This document shows, in pieces, positions 17,343-26,383 of a DNA stretch of 43,133 nucleotides. Each line of letters starts with the position of its first letter. Position 1 is the first letter of the stretch. The notes below the pieces were generated by a model. The model saw nothing but the letters and a program-made list of their open reading frames with translations. It was not told the origin of the DNA and did no database searches. Made by a program: the position numbers and the translations under genes. Source of the DNA: Candidatus Eiseniibacteriota bacterium (GTDB taxonomy: Bacteria > Eisenbacteria > RBG-16-71-46); the NCBI GenBank assembly GCA_034678345.1, contig JAXDBZ010000302.1, positions 1-43,133 of the forward strand, in the 5' to 3' direction.

Positions 17343-18409
17343 CCGGCGTCCCCGCCGAATCGCGCTTCCGCGAGCGTCTCGACGCCGTGCTCGAGCGGGC
17401 GCGCCGCGACGGAGAGCTCGACCCGGCGGCCTACGACGCCCTGCTCGTCGATCCCGATTTCGACGACGTCGAGTTCGAGCGCTTCCGCAACGCCCTGCTC
17501 GAGGCGGACGTGACACCGCCGGATGCCGTGCCGGCGGCGGTGGAGGCGCCCCCGGTGGCCCCCGTCGGGGTGCCGGAGCGCGATCTGCTCGACCTCTACC
17601 TCTCCGAGATCGGCCGCGTAGCGCTGCTGCCGCACGAGGAGCTGCTCGAGCTCGCCCGACGCTCCCGCGCCGGCGACGCCGTGGCGCGCAAGCGCATCAT
17701 CGTCGCCAATCTGCGTCTGGTCGTCCACCTGGCGCGCGAGTTCCGCGACCGCGGCCTGCCCATGCTCGACCTCATCGAGGAGGGCAATCTCGGGCTCATC
17801 CACGCTGTGGACCGCTTCGAGCCCGAGCGCGGTCTGCGCTTCTCGACCTACGCCGCCATCTGGATCCGGCAGGCCATGCTGCGGGGCATCGCCGAACAGT
17901 CGCGCTCGGTCCGCATCCCGGTGCAGATGTTCCAGCAGGTGAACCGCTACGTCCGGGCGGAGCGGACGCTGCGTGCGGCGCTGCAGCGCGACCCCTCGGC
18001 CGAGGAGATCGGCCGGGAGATGGGGATATCGGCGGGCCGCGCCGCCCGCCTCGGCAACCTGCTCCACAGCCTGCGCTCCCTCGACGAGAGCGGCAGCGTG
18101 GAGACGTTCGAGCAGCTCTCGAGCGAGGATCTCGCCCAGGCGCCACCGAGCGTCGAGCGCCTCATCGAGCTGCAGCTGGAGCACGAGAAGATCGACCGCC
18201 TGCTGCGCTCGCTCAGCCAGCGCGAGGAGCAGGTGGTGCGCATCCGCTACGGCTTCTACGACGGGGTGGCGCGCACGCTGGCGCAGACCGGCGGCCTGTT
18301 CGGCATCTCGCGGGAGCGCGTGCGGCAGATCGAGGCGCGCGCCCTGCAGAAGCTCCGTCGGGCCGTCGAGATGCAGGAGGGCGCCGAGACCAGGGAGAGG
18401 GACCGATGA
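17339..18409 (+). CDS. Sigma-70 family RNA polymerase sigma factor (group 1/2-like; regions 1.2, 2, 3 and 4 present)
   Basis: Region 2: IVANLRLVVHLAREF..DLIEEGNLGLIHAVDRFEPERGLRFSTYAAIWIRQAM. Region 4: TLAQTGGLFGISRERVRQIEARALQKLRR. GTG overlaps the acyP stop (GTGA). Confidence 0.85.
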   Translation: MTGVPAESRFRERLDAVLERARRDGELDPAAYDALLVDPDFDDVEFERFRNALLEADVTPPDAVPAAVEAPPVAPVGVPERDLLDLYLSEIGRVALLPHEELLELARRSRAGDAVARKRIIVANLRLVVHLAREFRDRGLPMLDLIEEGNLGLIHAVDRFEPERGLRFSTYAAIWIRQAMLRGIAEQSRSVRIPVQMFQQVNRYVRAERTLRAALQRDPSAEEIGREMGISAGRAARLGNLLHSLRSLDESGSVETFEQLSSEDLAQAPPSVERLIELQLEHEKIDRLLRSLSQREEQVVRIRYGFYDGVARTLAQTGGLFGISRERVRQIEARALQKLRRAVEMQEGAETRERDR

Positions 18410-18927
18410 TCGATCTGGGCCGCTTCATCCGCGATGTCCCCGACTTCCCGAGGCCGGGCATCGTCTTCAAGGACATCACGCCACTGCTGGCCGAGCCCGA
18501 CGCGCTCGCCGCGGCGCTCGAGGCCATGGCGGCACCCCTGCCCCGGCCGGAGGCGGTGGTGGCGATCGAGTCGCGCGGATTCGTCTTCGGCACCGGGCTG
18601 GCGCTGCGCTGGCGGGTGCCGCTGGTGCCCGCGCGCAAGCCGGGCAAGCTCCCGGCGGCGTCGGTGCGGGAGGCCTACGCGCTGGAGTACGGGCAGGATG
18701 CCCTCGAGCTGCATGCGGACGCGCTGCGGCCGGGTCAGGCGGTGGTGATCGTGGACGACCTGCTCGCCACCGGAGGCACGGCGCTCGCGGCCGCCCGGCT
18801 CGTCGAGCGGCTGGGCGCGCGCGTGTTGGGGATCGTCTTCCTCGTGGAACTGACCGGGCTCGGCGGCAGGGAGCGTCTTGCGGCCTACCCGGTGCACTCC
18901 GTGCTCCGCTACGAGGTCCGCGAGTAG
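18406..18927 (+). CDS. apt: Adenine phosphoribosyltransferase
   Basis: PDFPRPGIVFKDITPLL and the PRPP motif VVIVDDLLATGGTA. ATG overlaps the sigma-factor stop (ATGA). Confidence 0.9.
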   Translation: MIDLGRFIRDVPDFPRPGIVFKDITPLLAEPDALAAALEAMAAPLPRPEAVVAIESRGFVFGTGLALRWRVPLVPARKPGKLPAASVREAYALEYGQDALELHADALRPGQAVVIVDDLLATGGTALAAARLVERLGARVLGIVFLVELTGLGGRERLAAYPVHSVLRYEVRE

Positions 18928-18956
18928 GGGGCGGCAGGCGCCCCGGGGGCGACGAG

Positions 18957-19001
18957 CGGGGGCGCCGCCTGGATCGCTCTCGCGATCCCGGGGCGCCCCC
19001 G
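18957..19001. terminator. Long imperfect compound hairpin between convergent apt and csp; likely a bidirectional terminator
   Basis: Outer arms CGGGGGCGC / GCGCCCCCG. Inner perfect arms GGATCGC-TCTC-GCGATCC. Confidence 0.45.
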
Positions 19002-19025
19002 TCCCATGGAGCGTGGCTCCGCGGG

Positions 19026-19226
19026 TCAGACCTTGCGGACGTTCGCCGCCTGGAGGCCCTTCGGGCCCTGATTGATGTCGAATTCCACCGCCTCGCCCTC
19101 GGCCAGGGTCTTGAAGCCCTCGCCCTGGATCGCCGAGAAGTGCACGAACACGTCCTCGCCGCCCTCCTGCGAGATGAACCCGAAGCCCTTCGCCTCGTTG
19201 AACCACTTCACGGTGCCACGCGCCAC
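19026..19226 (-). CDS. cspA: Cold-shock protein (CspA family)
   Basis: [15 protein letters not shown] (RNP1) and VFVHFS (RNP2). GTG start with AAGGAG 7 nt upstream. Confidence 0.92.
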   Translation of the reverse strand: MARGTVKWFNEAKGFGFISQEGGEDVFVHFSAIQGEGFKTLAEGEAVEFDINQGPKGLQAANVRKV

Positions 19227-19411
19227 TTCGCAACTCCTTGCTTCCGGGTCCGCAGACCCTCACCTGCCGCCTCATCACGCGGCGGCTGCGTCCGGCCACT
19301 TTGACCGGCGCCGGTCACCCCCGAGCCCCAAGACACACGAACGGCCGCCAAGCACACCCTGGCGGCTCCGAACGCCGACTCGAAGGTCCCCGGGCAACCA
19401 AAGCGGAGGAG

Positions 19412-19441
19412 AGTATCCGCGCCCGGACCGGGGGGTGTCAA
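19412..19441 (-). promoter_or_regulatory. Candidate csp promoter (TTGACA-18 nt-GATACT on the minus strand), implying a leader of roughly 180 nt
   Basis: Plus-strand TGTCAA at 19436..19441 and AGTATC at 19412..19417. Confidence 0.35.
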
Positions 19442-19561
19442 GCACCGGTTGCGTCGAATCGGGCCCCGGACCGCCCCGCCGGGTCACCGGAAGCGCCGCG
19501 GCCGGTGTGCCGGGACGCCGGCCGCTGGACGACGGCCGGGCACTCTGCCAGCCTCCGCGGC

Positions 19562-20641
19562 ATGGAGACGAGGCCGCCGGACGGGGACGGGGTGGACGAG
19601 CGGACCATCCACGGGCACTACCTGGCCACGGTCAACGGTGAGCTCGACTCCCGGGGCGCGATCCGCAGCCTGCCGGAGGACCTCGACGACATCGCCGCCC
19701 GCATCGCGCGCGCCGTCCCGCCGGACGGACGCCCGGTCCGCGTGCTCCTCTGGGCGCACGGCGGCCTCGTGGGGGAGACCGCCGCCGCCCGCCGCGTGCG
19801 CGACCTGCTCGGGCCGATGCGGTCGGCCGGCATCTACCCGATCCACTTCCTCTGGCACACGGGCTTCCTCGAGGAGGTCCGCGACGCGCTCCTGGCGCGC
19901 GGTGCGGGCCTGCCCGTGGCACCGCGGCGGGCGCGGGCACTCGGCTGGCTGGGCGACCGGATGCGCTCCCTCCGGGACGGGCTGCTCGAGAGGGCCGCCC
20001 GCCCGCTCGGCCGCCCGATCTGGGCCGAGATGAAGGCCGACGCCCGCGATGCCTGCCACGGCCGCGGGGGCGCCGGCGGGGGCCCCGCCTTCCGGCTGCT
20101 CGACCGCGTGCGGAGCACCGGGGCCCCCATCGAGTACCATCTCGTCGGGCACAGCGCGGGCTCCGTCTTCCACTGCCACCTGCTCGACTGGTTCGTGCGC
20201 CGGGCGGTGCCGGTGCGCAGCTGCTCGTTCCTCGTGCCGGCGGCGACCACCGCGCTGTTCCGGCGCGCGGTCTCGAACGCGGACGCGCTGCTGGGCTCCT
20301 TCCACCTTCACGGGCTCCCCGATGCCGACGAACGCACGGACCACTGCGGCGAGCTGCCGGGGACCGGCCTGCCCCTCTACCACAAGAGCCTGCTCTACCT
20401 CGTGGCCCACTCCTTCGAGGACGATCCCCCGGCGCGGCTGCTGGGTCTGGCCCGCCACGTGGACGTGGACCACCGCGGCCGCGGGCGCGACGCGGACCCG
20501 GCCGTCCGCGACTGGCTGCGGGCGCGCGCCACCTGCCACTGGTACCGGCCGCGGATCGAGCGCCCGGGGGCCACCCTCCACGGCTCCTTCGACGACGACC
20601 CCGGCACCATCGCCACGATCATCGCCCGCGTCGCCGGGTGA
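19562..20641 (+). CDS. Orphan alpha/beta-hydrolase-fold protein (putative esterase/lipase, uncharacterised family)
   Basis: VLLWAHGGLVGE (oxyanion-type HGG), nucleophile elbow YHLVGHSAGS (GxSxG), C-terminal ATLHGSFDDD. No signal peptide. The start is uncertain (ATG 19562, or in-frame GTG 19505); the track start 19238 adds an Arg/Pro-rich extension across the csp leader. Confidence 0.6.
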   Translation: METRPPDGDGVDERTIHGHYLATVNGELDSRGAIRSLPEDLDDIAARIARAVPPDGRPVRVLLWAHGGLVGETAAARRVRDLLGPMRSAGIYPIHFLWHTGFLEEVRDALLARGAGLPVAPRRARALGWLGDRMRSLRDGLLERAARPLGRPIWAEMKADARDACHGRGGAGGGPAFRLLDRVRSTGAPIEYHLVGHSAGSVFHCHLLDWFVRRAVPVRSCSFLVPAATTALFRRAVSNADALLGSFHLHGLPDADERTDHCGELPGTGLPLYHKSLLYLVAHSFEDDPPARLLGLARHVDVDHRGRGRDADPAVRDWLRARATCHWYRPRIERPGATLHGSFDDDPGTIATIIARVAG

Positions 20642-20659
20642 AACGGCTCCGGCAGACGC

Positions 20660-21349
20660 TCAGAAGCCCGGACGGAACAGGTGGGTGAAGGTCAGGTAGA
20701 GACCCGCGGCGACGAAGACGACCCCGGTGGCCGGCCGCGCCGCCCGCTCCACCAGGGCGACGCGGTGCAGGGCCTTCCCCAACCAGCGCGCCCCCAGGGC
20801 CATCGACACCGCGACCGCGACGACCGGCAGGCCCGTCGCCAGGCCATAGACGGCGGGAAGCAGGACACGCGAGTCGTGGGTCATGGCGAGGGGGACCAGA
20901 GCGCCGAAGAAGAGCCCGGCCGAGATCGGACAGAACGACAGTGCGAAGAGCATGCCCAGCAGACCTGCACCCAGCACGCCGCCCGTCGCGGCGCGGCGGC
21001 GCAGGGACTCGCCTCCGGCGCTGCCGCGCAGGCGCAACGGCAGCCAGCCCAGCAGCGCGATCCCGATCAGGACGAGCAACGGCCCCAGCACCTGGTTCAT
21101 CCGCTCCTGCAGGAAGCGCGACAGTCCGGGGATGGAGAGCAGGCTCGTCACCACCAGCGCCCCGACGACGACATAGCTGAGCGCCCGCCCCAGCGAGTAG
21201 GCCAGGCCCGCGAGCAGCACGCGGCGGGGCAAGCCCACCTCGCGGGCCACGAAGGAGACCGCCGCCAGGTTCGACGCCAGCGGGCAGGGGCTGATCGACG
21301 TCAGGATGCCGAGCCAGAGCGCAGTGCCCACGGCGAGCAGCAGGCTCAC
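20660..21349 (-). CDS. CcdA/DsbD-family thiol-disulfide membrane protein (NCBI-style name: ArsG-family transporter)
   Basis: Six predicted TM segments with the paired cysteine motifs TSISPCPLAS and ALSFCPISAG. GTG 21349 overlaps the upstream stop (GTGA). The track start 21814 is an out-of-context extension. Confidence 0.7.
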   Translation of the reverse strand: MSLLLAVGTALWLGILTSISPCPLASNLAAVSFVAREVGLPRRVLLAGLAYSLGRALSYVVVGALVVTSLLSIPGLSRFLQERMNQVLGPLLVLIGIALLGWLPLRLRGSAGGESLRRRAATGGVLGAGLLGMLFALSFCPISAGLFFGALVPLAMTHDSRVLLPAVYGLATGLPVVAVAVSMALGARWLGKALHRVALVERAARPATGVVFVAAGLYLTFTHLFRPGF

Positions 21350-21822
21350 GGCGTGCCCCCCAGATACGCGGCCACCTCGTCCCGCACGTACGTCACGAAC
21401 CGCCGCTTGTTCGCCAGATGCTCCCAGACCTTCGCGCAGTTCTTCCAGCGGGTCTGCTTCCCGCCGAGCCGCTCCGCCAGGACCAGCGACTTCGTGTAGA
21501 GCTGGTAGTCCTCCACGAAGTGCTCGTTGCCCTTCGCCTCGACGTCCACCACCTGCCAGACCAGGCGCCCCTCCGCCAGTTCCTTCGCGAACGACGTCTC
21601 GACGGCCTCCCGCGACCACGCCTCGATCTTCACGCAGTTGGCGCAGCGGGCCTTGCCGTGGAAGTAGTAGGCGATCACCTGCCGGCGGGCGGCGAGCGTG
21701 TCCGCCGCTGCGGCCTTCGCCGGAGCGGGGCGCTTCGGCCCGGCCGCGCCGGCGGCCGGGCCGGCGAACGCGATCGCCAGGGCCAGCATCCCGACCCGTG
21801 ATGCGAACCCACACGTGCTCAT
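21346..21822 (-). CDS. Secreted thioredoxin-fold CxxC protein resembling the ArsF family
   Basis: Signal-peptide-like N-terminus (MLALAIAFAGPAAGAAG), then VIAYYFHGKARCANCVKIEAW (YFH..RCxxC block). Confidence 0.6.
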   Translation of the reverse strand: MSTCGFASRVGMLALAIAFAGPAAGAAGPKRPAPAKAAAADTLAARRQVIAYYFHGKARCANCVKIEAWSREAVETSFAKELAEGRLVWQVVDVEAKGNEHFVEDYQLYTKSLVLAERLGGKQTRWKNCAKVWEHLANKRRFVTYVRDEVAAYLGGTP

Positions 21823-22052
21823 GCGAGCATCTCCTTCAGCTGGGAGGGGGAGGGCACCCGACCGGCCACCTTGACGACGCCGTCCACGACCAGCGCCGGG
21901 GTGGAGAGGACGTGATAGCCCATGATGACGTTCAGGTCGGTCACCTTCTCGATTTCGAACTCCAGACCCAACTCCTCGGCCGCGGCTCGGGTCCGGTTGT
22001 AGAGCAGCTTGCAGTTTGCGCAGCCCGCGCCGAGCACCTCGATCCGTTTCAC
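21819..22052 (-). CDS. Small thioredoxin-family protein (redox-active disulfide protein 2 type)
   Basis: MKRIEVLGAGCANCKLLY...LSTPALVVDG. 77 aa, with the CxxC near the N-terminus. Confidence 0.78.
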   Translation of the reverse strand: MKRIEVLGAGCANCKLLYNRTRAAAEELGLEFEIEKVTDLNVIMGYHVLSTPALVVDGVVKVAGRVPSPSQLKEMLA

Positions 22053-22080
22053 GCGCTCCCCCTCGTCCGGGGCACGGCCA

Positions 22081-23118
22081 TCACATCAGCCAGTTGAACA
22101 GGTAGCCGGTCAGCACGATGCCGGCCGTGACCACGCCCAGGAACACGGCGATCAGGGGCGGCCGGAGCACCCTGCGCAGGATAATGACCTCCGGCAGCGA
22201 CAGGGCGATCACGGCCATCATGAAGGCCAGCACCGTTCCGAGCGCCGCGCCCTTCTCGAGCAGCGCGTGCACCACGGGGATGATCCCGGCGGCGTTCGAG
22301 TACATGGGCACGCCGATGAGCACGGCGATCGGGACGGACCACCAGGCGCCCCGCCCCATGATGGCGGCCATGCAGTCCTCCGGCACCCAGCCGTGGATGC
22401 CCGCTCCCACGGCGATCCCGGCCAGCACCCAGGGCCACACCCGCCCGACGATATCCCGCACGGCCGCGAGGCCGGTGCGCAGCCGCTCGGCCCAGGACGG
22501 TTGCGCCTCGGTCGCGCCCGCCGGACCCCCGAGCCGCGTCTCGTACACCCAGGGCTCGACGTGGCGCTCGAGGCGCAGCCGCCCAATGATCCAGCCGGCG
22601 GCGATGGCGACGGCGAGGCCCGTGCCGAGGTAGAGGGCCGCCACGCGCCAGCCGAACAGGCCGAACAGCAGGGCCAGCGCCACCTCGTTCACCATGGGAG
22701 CCGAGATGAGAAACGAGAAGGTCACGCCCAGCGGCACGCCCGTCGTCAGGAAGCCGATGAACAGCGGCACCGCCGAGCAGGAGCAGAACGGCGTCACGAC
22801 CCCGAGGGCGGCGCCGAGGACGTTCCCGGCCGATTCCCGGCGGCCCGCCAGGAGCGCGCGCGTGCGCTCGGGCGTGAAGAAGGAACGCAGCACCCCCACG
22901 GCGAAGACGATCAGCGTCAGGAGGAGCAGGACCTTCGGAACCTCGTAGGCGAAGAAGGCGAGGGCGCTGGCGAGGTGCGAGCCCGGAACTCGGGCGTCCA
23001 GCCCCTCCCGCAGACGGGGCGCCAGCCACTCGTTGCCGGCGTATGCGAGGATCCAGGCGGGCAGGGCGAGCGCCAGCCAGCCACCGACGCGCTCACCGCG
23101 GGCGACGGGCTCAGACAC
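22081..23118 (-). CDS. arsP: ArsP-type permease (PF03773/YraQ-like; organoarsenical efflux family)
   Basis: Polytopic membrane protein with the diagnostic vicinal-cysteine block [17 protein letters not shown] 23118 is preferred because ATG 23172 would overlap acr3 by 62 nt. Confidence 0.75.
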   Translation of the reverse strand: MSEPVARGERVGGWLALALPAWILAYAGNEWLAPRLREGLDARVPGSHLASALAFFAYEVPKVLLLLTLIVFAVGVLRSFFTPERTRALLAGRRESAGNVLGAALGVVTPFCSCSAVPLFIGFLTTGVPLGVTFSFLISAPMVNEVALALLFGLFGWRVAALYLGTGLAVAIAAGWIIGRLRLERHVEPWVYETRLGGPAGATEAQPSWAERLRTGLAAVRDIVGRVWPWVLAGIAVGAGIHGWVPEDCMAAIMGRGAWWSVPIAVLIGVPMYSNAAGIIPVVHALLEKGAALGTVLAFMMAVIALSLPEVIILRRVLRPPLIAVFLGVVTAGIVLTGYLFNWLM

Positions 23119-24184
23119 GGGCGGCAGCCGCGGCACCGCCGAACCACCGGCGCCGGAGGACAAGGGCCACATGGACCAGGCCGATGAGGACCGGCACCTC
23201 CACCAGGGGGCCGATGACCGCCGCGAAGGCGGCGCCGTGGTGGATGCCGAACGTGGCGACGGCCACAGCGATCGCCAGCTCGAAGTTGTTCGAGGCGGCG
23301 GTGAAGGAAAGCGTCGCCGACTGAGGGTAGTCGGCCCCCGCCGCCCGGCTCAGCGCCAGGGAGGCAACGAACATGACGACGAAGTAGACCAGCAGCGGCA
23401 CGGCGATGCGCAGGACGTCGAGAGGCAGCGCCACGATCGCCTCGCCCTTGAGCGAGAACATCACCACGATGGTGAAGAGCAGGGCGACCAGGGTGAGGGG
23501 GGAGACGCGGGGGACGAAGCGGCGCTCGTACCACTCGCGGCCCTTCAAGGCCATGAGGCCGAAGCGGCTGAGGATGCCCGCCAGGAAGGGGATGCCGAGG
23601 TAGACGAACACGCTCCTTGCGATCTCGCCCATGGTGATGTCCACGACCACGCCCTTCAGGCCGACCCACGCCGGCGCCAGGGTGATGAACACGTAGGCAT
23701 AGACGGAGAAGAACAGGACCTGGAAGACGGAGTTGAACGCCACCAGCCCGGCGCAGTACTCCGTGTCCCCCTGCGCCAGCTCGTTCCAGACGATGACCAT
23801 GGCGATGCAGCGCGCCAGGCCGATGAGGATGAGGCCCACCATGTACTCCGGCCGGTCCCGCAGGAAGAGCACCGCCAGCGCGAACATCAGGACCGGGCCG
23901 ACGAGCCAGTTCTGGACGAGCGACAGGGCGAGCACGCGGCGGTTGCGGAAGACGCGGCCCATCTCCTCGTAGCGCACCCTGGCCAGCGGCGGGTACATCA
24001 TGAGGATGAGGCCGATGGCGATGGGGATGGACGTCGTGCCGACGCTGAAGCGATCGAGGAACGGGACGATGTCCGGCACGAGGAAGCCGGCCGCCACCCC
24101 GGCCCCCATGGCGAGGAAGATCCAGAGGGTGAGGTAGCGGTCGAGGAAGGACAGGCCGCGCGCCACGCCATGCGTTCCGCTCAT
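23111..24184 (-). CDS. acr3: Arsenite efflux transporter, ACR3 family
   Basis: [46 protein letters not shown] is typical of ACR3. ATG 24184 overlaps the arsC stop (ATGA). Confidence 0.9.
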   Translation of the reverse strand: MSGTHGVARGLSFLDRYLTLWIFLAMGAGVAAGFLVPDIVPFLDRFSVGTTSIPIAIGLILMMYPPLARVRYEEMGRVFRNRRVLALSLVQNWLVGPVLMFALAVLFLRDRPEYMVGLILIGLARCIAMVIVWNELAQGDTEYCAGLVAFNSVFQVLFFSVYAYVFITLAPAWVGLKGVVVDITMGEIARSVFVYLGIPFLAGILSRFGLMALKGREWYERRFVPRVSPLTLVALLFTIVVMFSLKGEAIVALPLDVLRIAVPLLVYFVVMFVASLALSRAAGADYPQSATLSFTAASNNFELAIAVAVATFGIHHGAAFAAVIGPLVEVPVLIGLVHVALVLRRRWFGGAAAAARV

Positions 24185-24612
24185 CGTCCGCCAACCTCCT
24201 CCGGTGGCTGCATCGCGAGGGTTCGCACGAGTCTGCCGACCAGCGCCTCGATGCGGTCCCGCACGGCGCGGAACCCTGCATCGTCCAGCTCCCCGGGATC
24301 GGGCAGCGCCCAGTCGAGCCGGAGCCGCGCCGGCACCCAGGGACAGGCATCCCCGCAGCCCATGGTCACCACGGCATCCAACGCGTCGGGCCCGACCTCC
24401 GCCAGCGACTTCGACCTGTGTGCCGCGAGGTCGATGCCCTTCTCGCGCATGAAGTGCACCGCCCGCGGGTTCACCTGGCCCGACGGACGGGAGCCGGCGC
24501 TCGCCACGCTCAGGCGCCCCGCCCCTAGGGTCCGCCCGAAGCCCTCCGCCATCTGCGAGCGGCACGAGTTCTCGACGCAGACGAACAGGACGCGCGGGAG
24601 CCGCTCAGCCAT
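24181..24612 (-). CDS. arsC: Arsenate reductase ArsC, low-molecular-weight phosphatase type
   Basis: P-loop [17 protein letters not shown] (CX5R) and the downstream cysteine pair TMGCGDACP. Confidence 0.85.
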   Translation of the reverse strand: MAERLPRVLFVCVENSCRSQMAEGFGRTLGAGRLSVASAGSRPSGQVNPRAVHFMREKGIDLAAHRSKSLAEVGPDALDAVVTMGCGDACPWVPARLRLDWALPDPGELDDAGFRAVRDRIEALVGRLVRTLAMQPPEEVGGR

Positions 24613-24985
24613 GGCGACCCCGCCCGCGCGCGGGCAGGGCGCAGAGCTCCGCGCGGGGGATGACGGTGACGGCGCGTAGGCGCCTGCGGTCCGCCGCGAC
24701 CACGGGATCACGCGCCAGGGCGCGGCGGAGCAAGGCCAGCACCCGGCGGGCGTGCGGGTTGCCCGGGCGCGCGGCCAACCGGTGCTCGATCCACTTGCCG
24801 TCCCGCCGCTCCTGGACCAGACCGGCCGACTTGAGCAGGGTGAGGTGCTTCGACACGGTCGAGGGGGCGAGCCCGAGCACGGCCTGGACCTGGCAGACGC
24901 AGAGCGGGCCGCCCTCCAGCAGCTTCAGGATCCGGGTCCGGGTGGGGTCCGCCGCGGCCTTGAGGGCCAGCTCCAGTTCGCGCAT
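24605..24985 (-). CDS. arsR: ArsR/SmtB-family metalloregulator
   Basis: ALKAAADPTRTRILKLLEGGPLCVCQVQAVLGLAPSTVSKHLTLLKSAGLV. Winged HTH with a CVC metalloid site. Confidence 0.87.
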   Translation of the reverse strand: MRELELALKAAADPTRTRILKLLEGGPLCVCQVQAVLGLAPSTVSKHLTLLKSAGLVQERRDGKWIEHRLAARPGNPHARRVLALLRRALARDPVVAADRRRLRAVTVIPRAELCALPARGRGRHG

Positions 24986-25004
24986 CGACGCCTCCGTTGG
25001 TCAG

Positions 25005-25048
25005 TTCGCCACATGACGAAGTGTAGCGGCCGGGCGGGGCCCGGTCAA
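25005..25048 (-). promoter_or_regulatory. Candidate arsR promoter (TTGACC-17 nt-TACACT on the minus strand) abutting an imperfect 16-bp palindrome (possible ArsR operator)
   Basis: Plus-strand GGTCAA at 25043..25048 and AGTGTA at 25020..25025. Palindrome TTCGCCACATGACGAA at 25005..25020. GGAGG RBS at 24991..24995. Confidence 0.35.
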
Positions 25049-25141
25049 GCCCGGGACCGGGCGGTGCGCTAGACTGGGCCGCGCCGTGCACCTCGGGCGC
25101 GGCGCGGAGGGCGAGATGATCCGACACTGCCGGAGACGGCC

Positions 25142-26383
25142 GTGACCCCGCTCGGTGGCACCGAGTGGGCGGCACTGCTCGTCTTCGCCCTGACCTACCT
25201 CGTCCTCGGCTTCGGCGCCCTGCCTCCGCTGCGTGTGGATCGCACGGGCGCGGCGTTGATCGGCGCCTCCGCGATGATCGGCTTCGGCGTGCTGACGCCC
25301 CAGCAGGCGGTCGCCGCGGTGGACTTCCAGACCATCGGGCTGCTCTTCGGCATGATGGTCGTCGTTGCCCACCTGCGCCTGGCCGGCTTCTTCCACTGGC
25401 TCGACGCCCGCGCCCTGGCGGGGGTGCGCTCGCCCCGCGGCAGGGTCGTGCTGCTCCTGTGGCTGTCAGGCGCCACATCGGCACTGTTCGTCAACGACAC
25501 GGCGTGTCTCCTGCTCACGCCGCTGGCCCTCGAGAGCGCGCGGGCGCTCCGGCGCGACCCGCTGCCCTTCCTGCTGGCCGTCGCCATGGGCGCCAATCTC
25601 GGCAGCGTCGCCACCATCGTCGGCAACCCCCAGAACATGCTGGTGGCGAGCTACTCCGGGATCACGTACGCCCGCTTCGCCGCCGTGCTCACCCCGGTGG
25701 CGATCGGCGCCCTGGGGCTGGCCAGCCTGCTGCTGCCCTGGCAGTTCCGCCGCGCCCTGGACGGGCCGCCGGCCCCGGACGCGGCGGCTGCCCCCGTCGC
25801 GGTGGGCCGGCCGCTGCTCGTGAAGTCCCTGGGCCTGACCGGCCTGCTGCTGGTGGCCCTGCTGGCGGGCATGACACCCAGCCTGGCCGCGCTGCTGGCC
25901 GCTTCCGCCCTTCTCATCACCCGCCGCGTGGACCCGCAGGATGTCTATGCCCGCGTGGACTGGTCGCTGCTCACCATGTTCGCCGGGCTGTTCGTCGTGG
26001 TGGCGGGGGTGGAGCAGGCCGGGCTCGTCGGCCGCGGTCTCGAGCTGGCCGGTCCGGGCGCGCGTCATTCCCTCACGGCCTTCGCCGGGGTGGTGGTCGG
26101 GCTCAGCAACCTCGTCAGCAACGTCCCGGCGGTGCTGGTGCTCAAGAGCTGGGCGGCGGGATTCCTCCCGGCGGAACGGACGTGGCTGCTGCTGGCCATG
26201 ACCAGCACGCTGGCGGGCAACCTCACGCTGGTCGGCTCGGTCGCCAACCTGATCGTGGTCGAGCAGGCGCGCCGCGAGACGCGTGTGGGCTTCTGGACCT
26301 ACGCGCGCGCCGGCCTGCCGCTCACGCTCCTGAGCCTGGCGTTCGGCCTCGGCTGGCTGCTGCTCGTCACGCCCGCCCGCTGA
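25142..26383 (+). CDS. ArsB/NhaD-superfamily anion permease (YbiR-like)
   Basis: About 10-12 TM segments. N-terminal block LRVDRTGAALIGASAMIGFGVLTPQQAVAAVDFQTIGLLFGMMVVVAHLRLAGFF, as in YbiR-type transporters. GTG start. Confidence 0.72.
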   Translation: MTPLGGTEWAALLVFALTYLVLGFGALPPLRVDRTGAALIGASAMIGFGVLTPQQAVAAVDFQTIGLLFGMMVVVAHLRLAGFFHWLDARALAGVRSPRGRVVLLLWLSGATSALFVNDTACLLLTPLALESARALRRDPLPFLLAVAMGANLGSVATIVGNPQNMLVASYSGITYARFAAVLTPVAIGALGLASLLLPWQFRRALDGPPAPDAAAAPVAVGRPLLVKSLGLTGLLLVALLAGMTPSLAALLAASALLITRRVDPQDVYARVDWSLLTMFAGLFVVVAGVEQAGLVGRGLELAGPGARHSLTAFAGVVVGLSNLVSNVPAVLVLKSWAAGFLPAERTWLLLAMTSTLAGNLTLVGSVANLIVVEQARRETRVGFWTYARAGLPLTLLSLAFGLGWLLLVTPAR

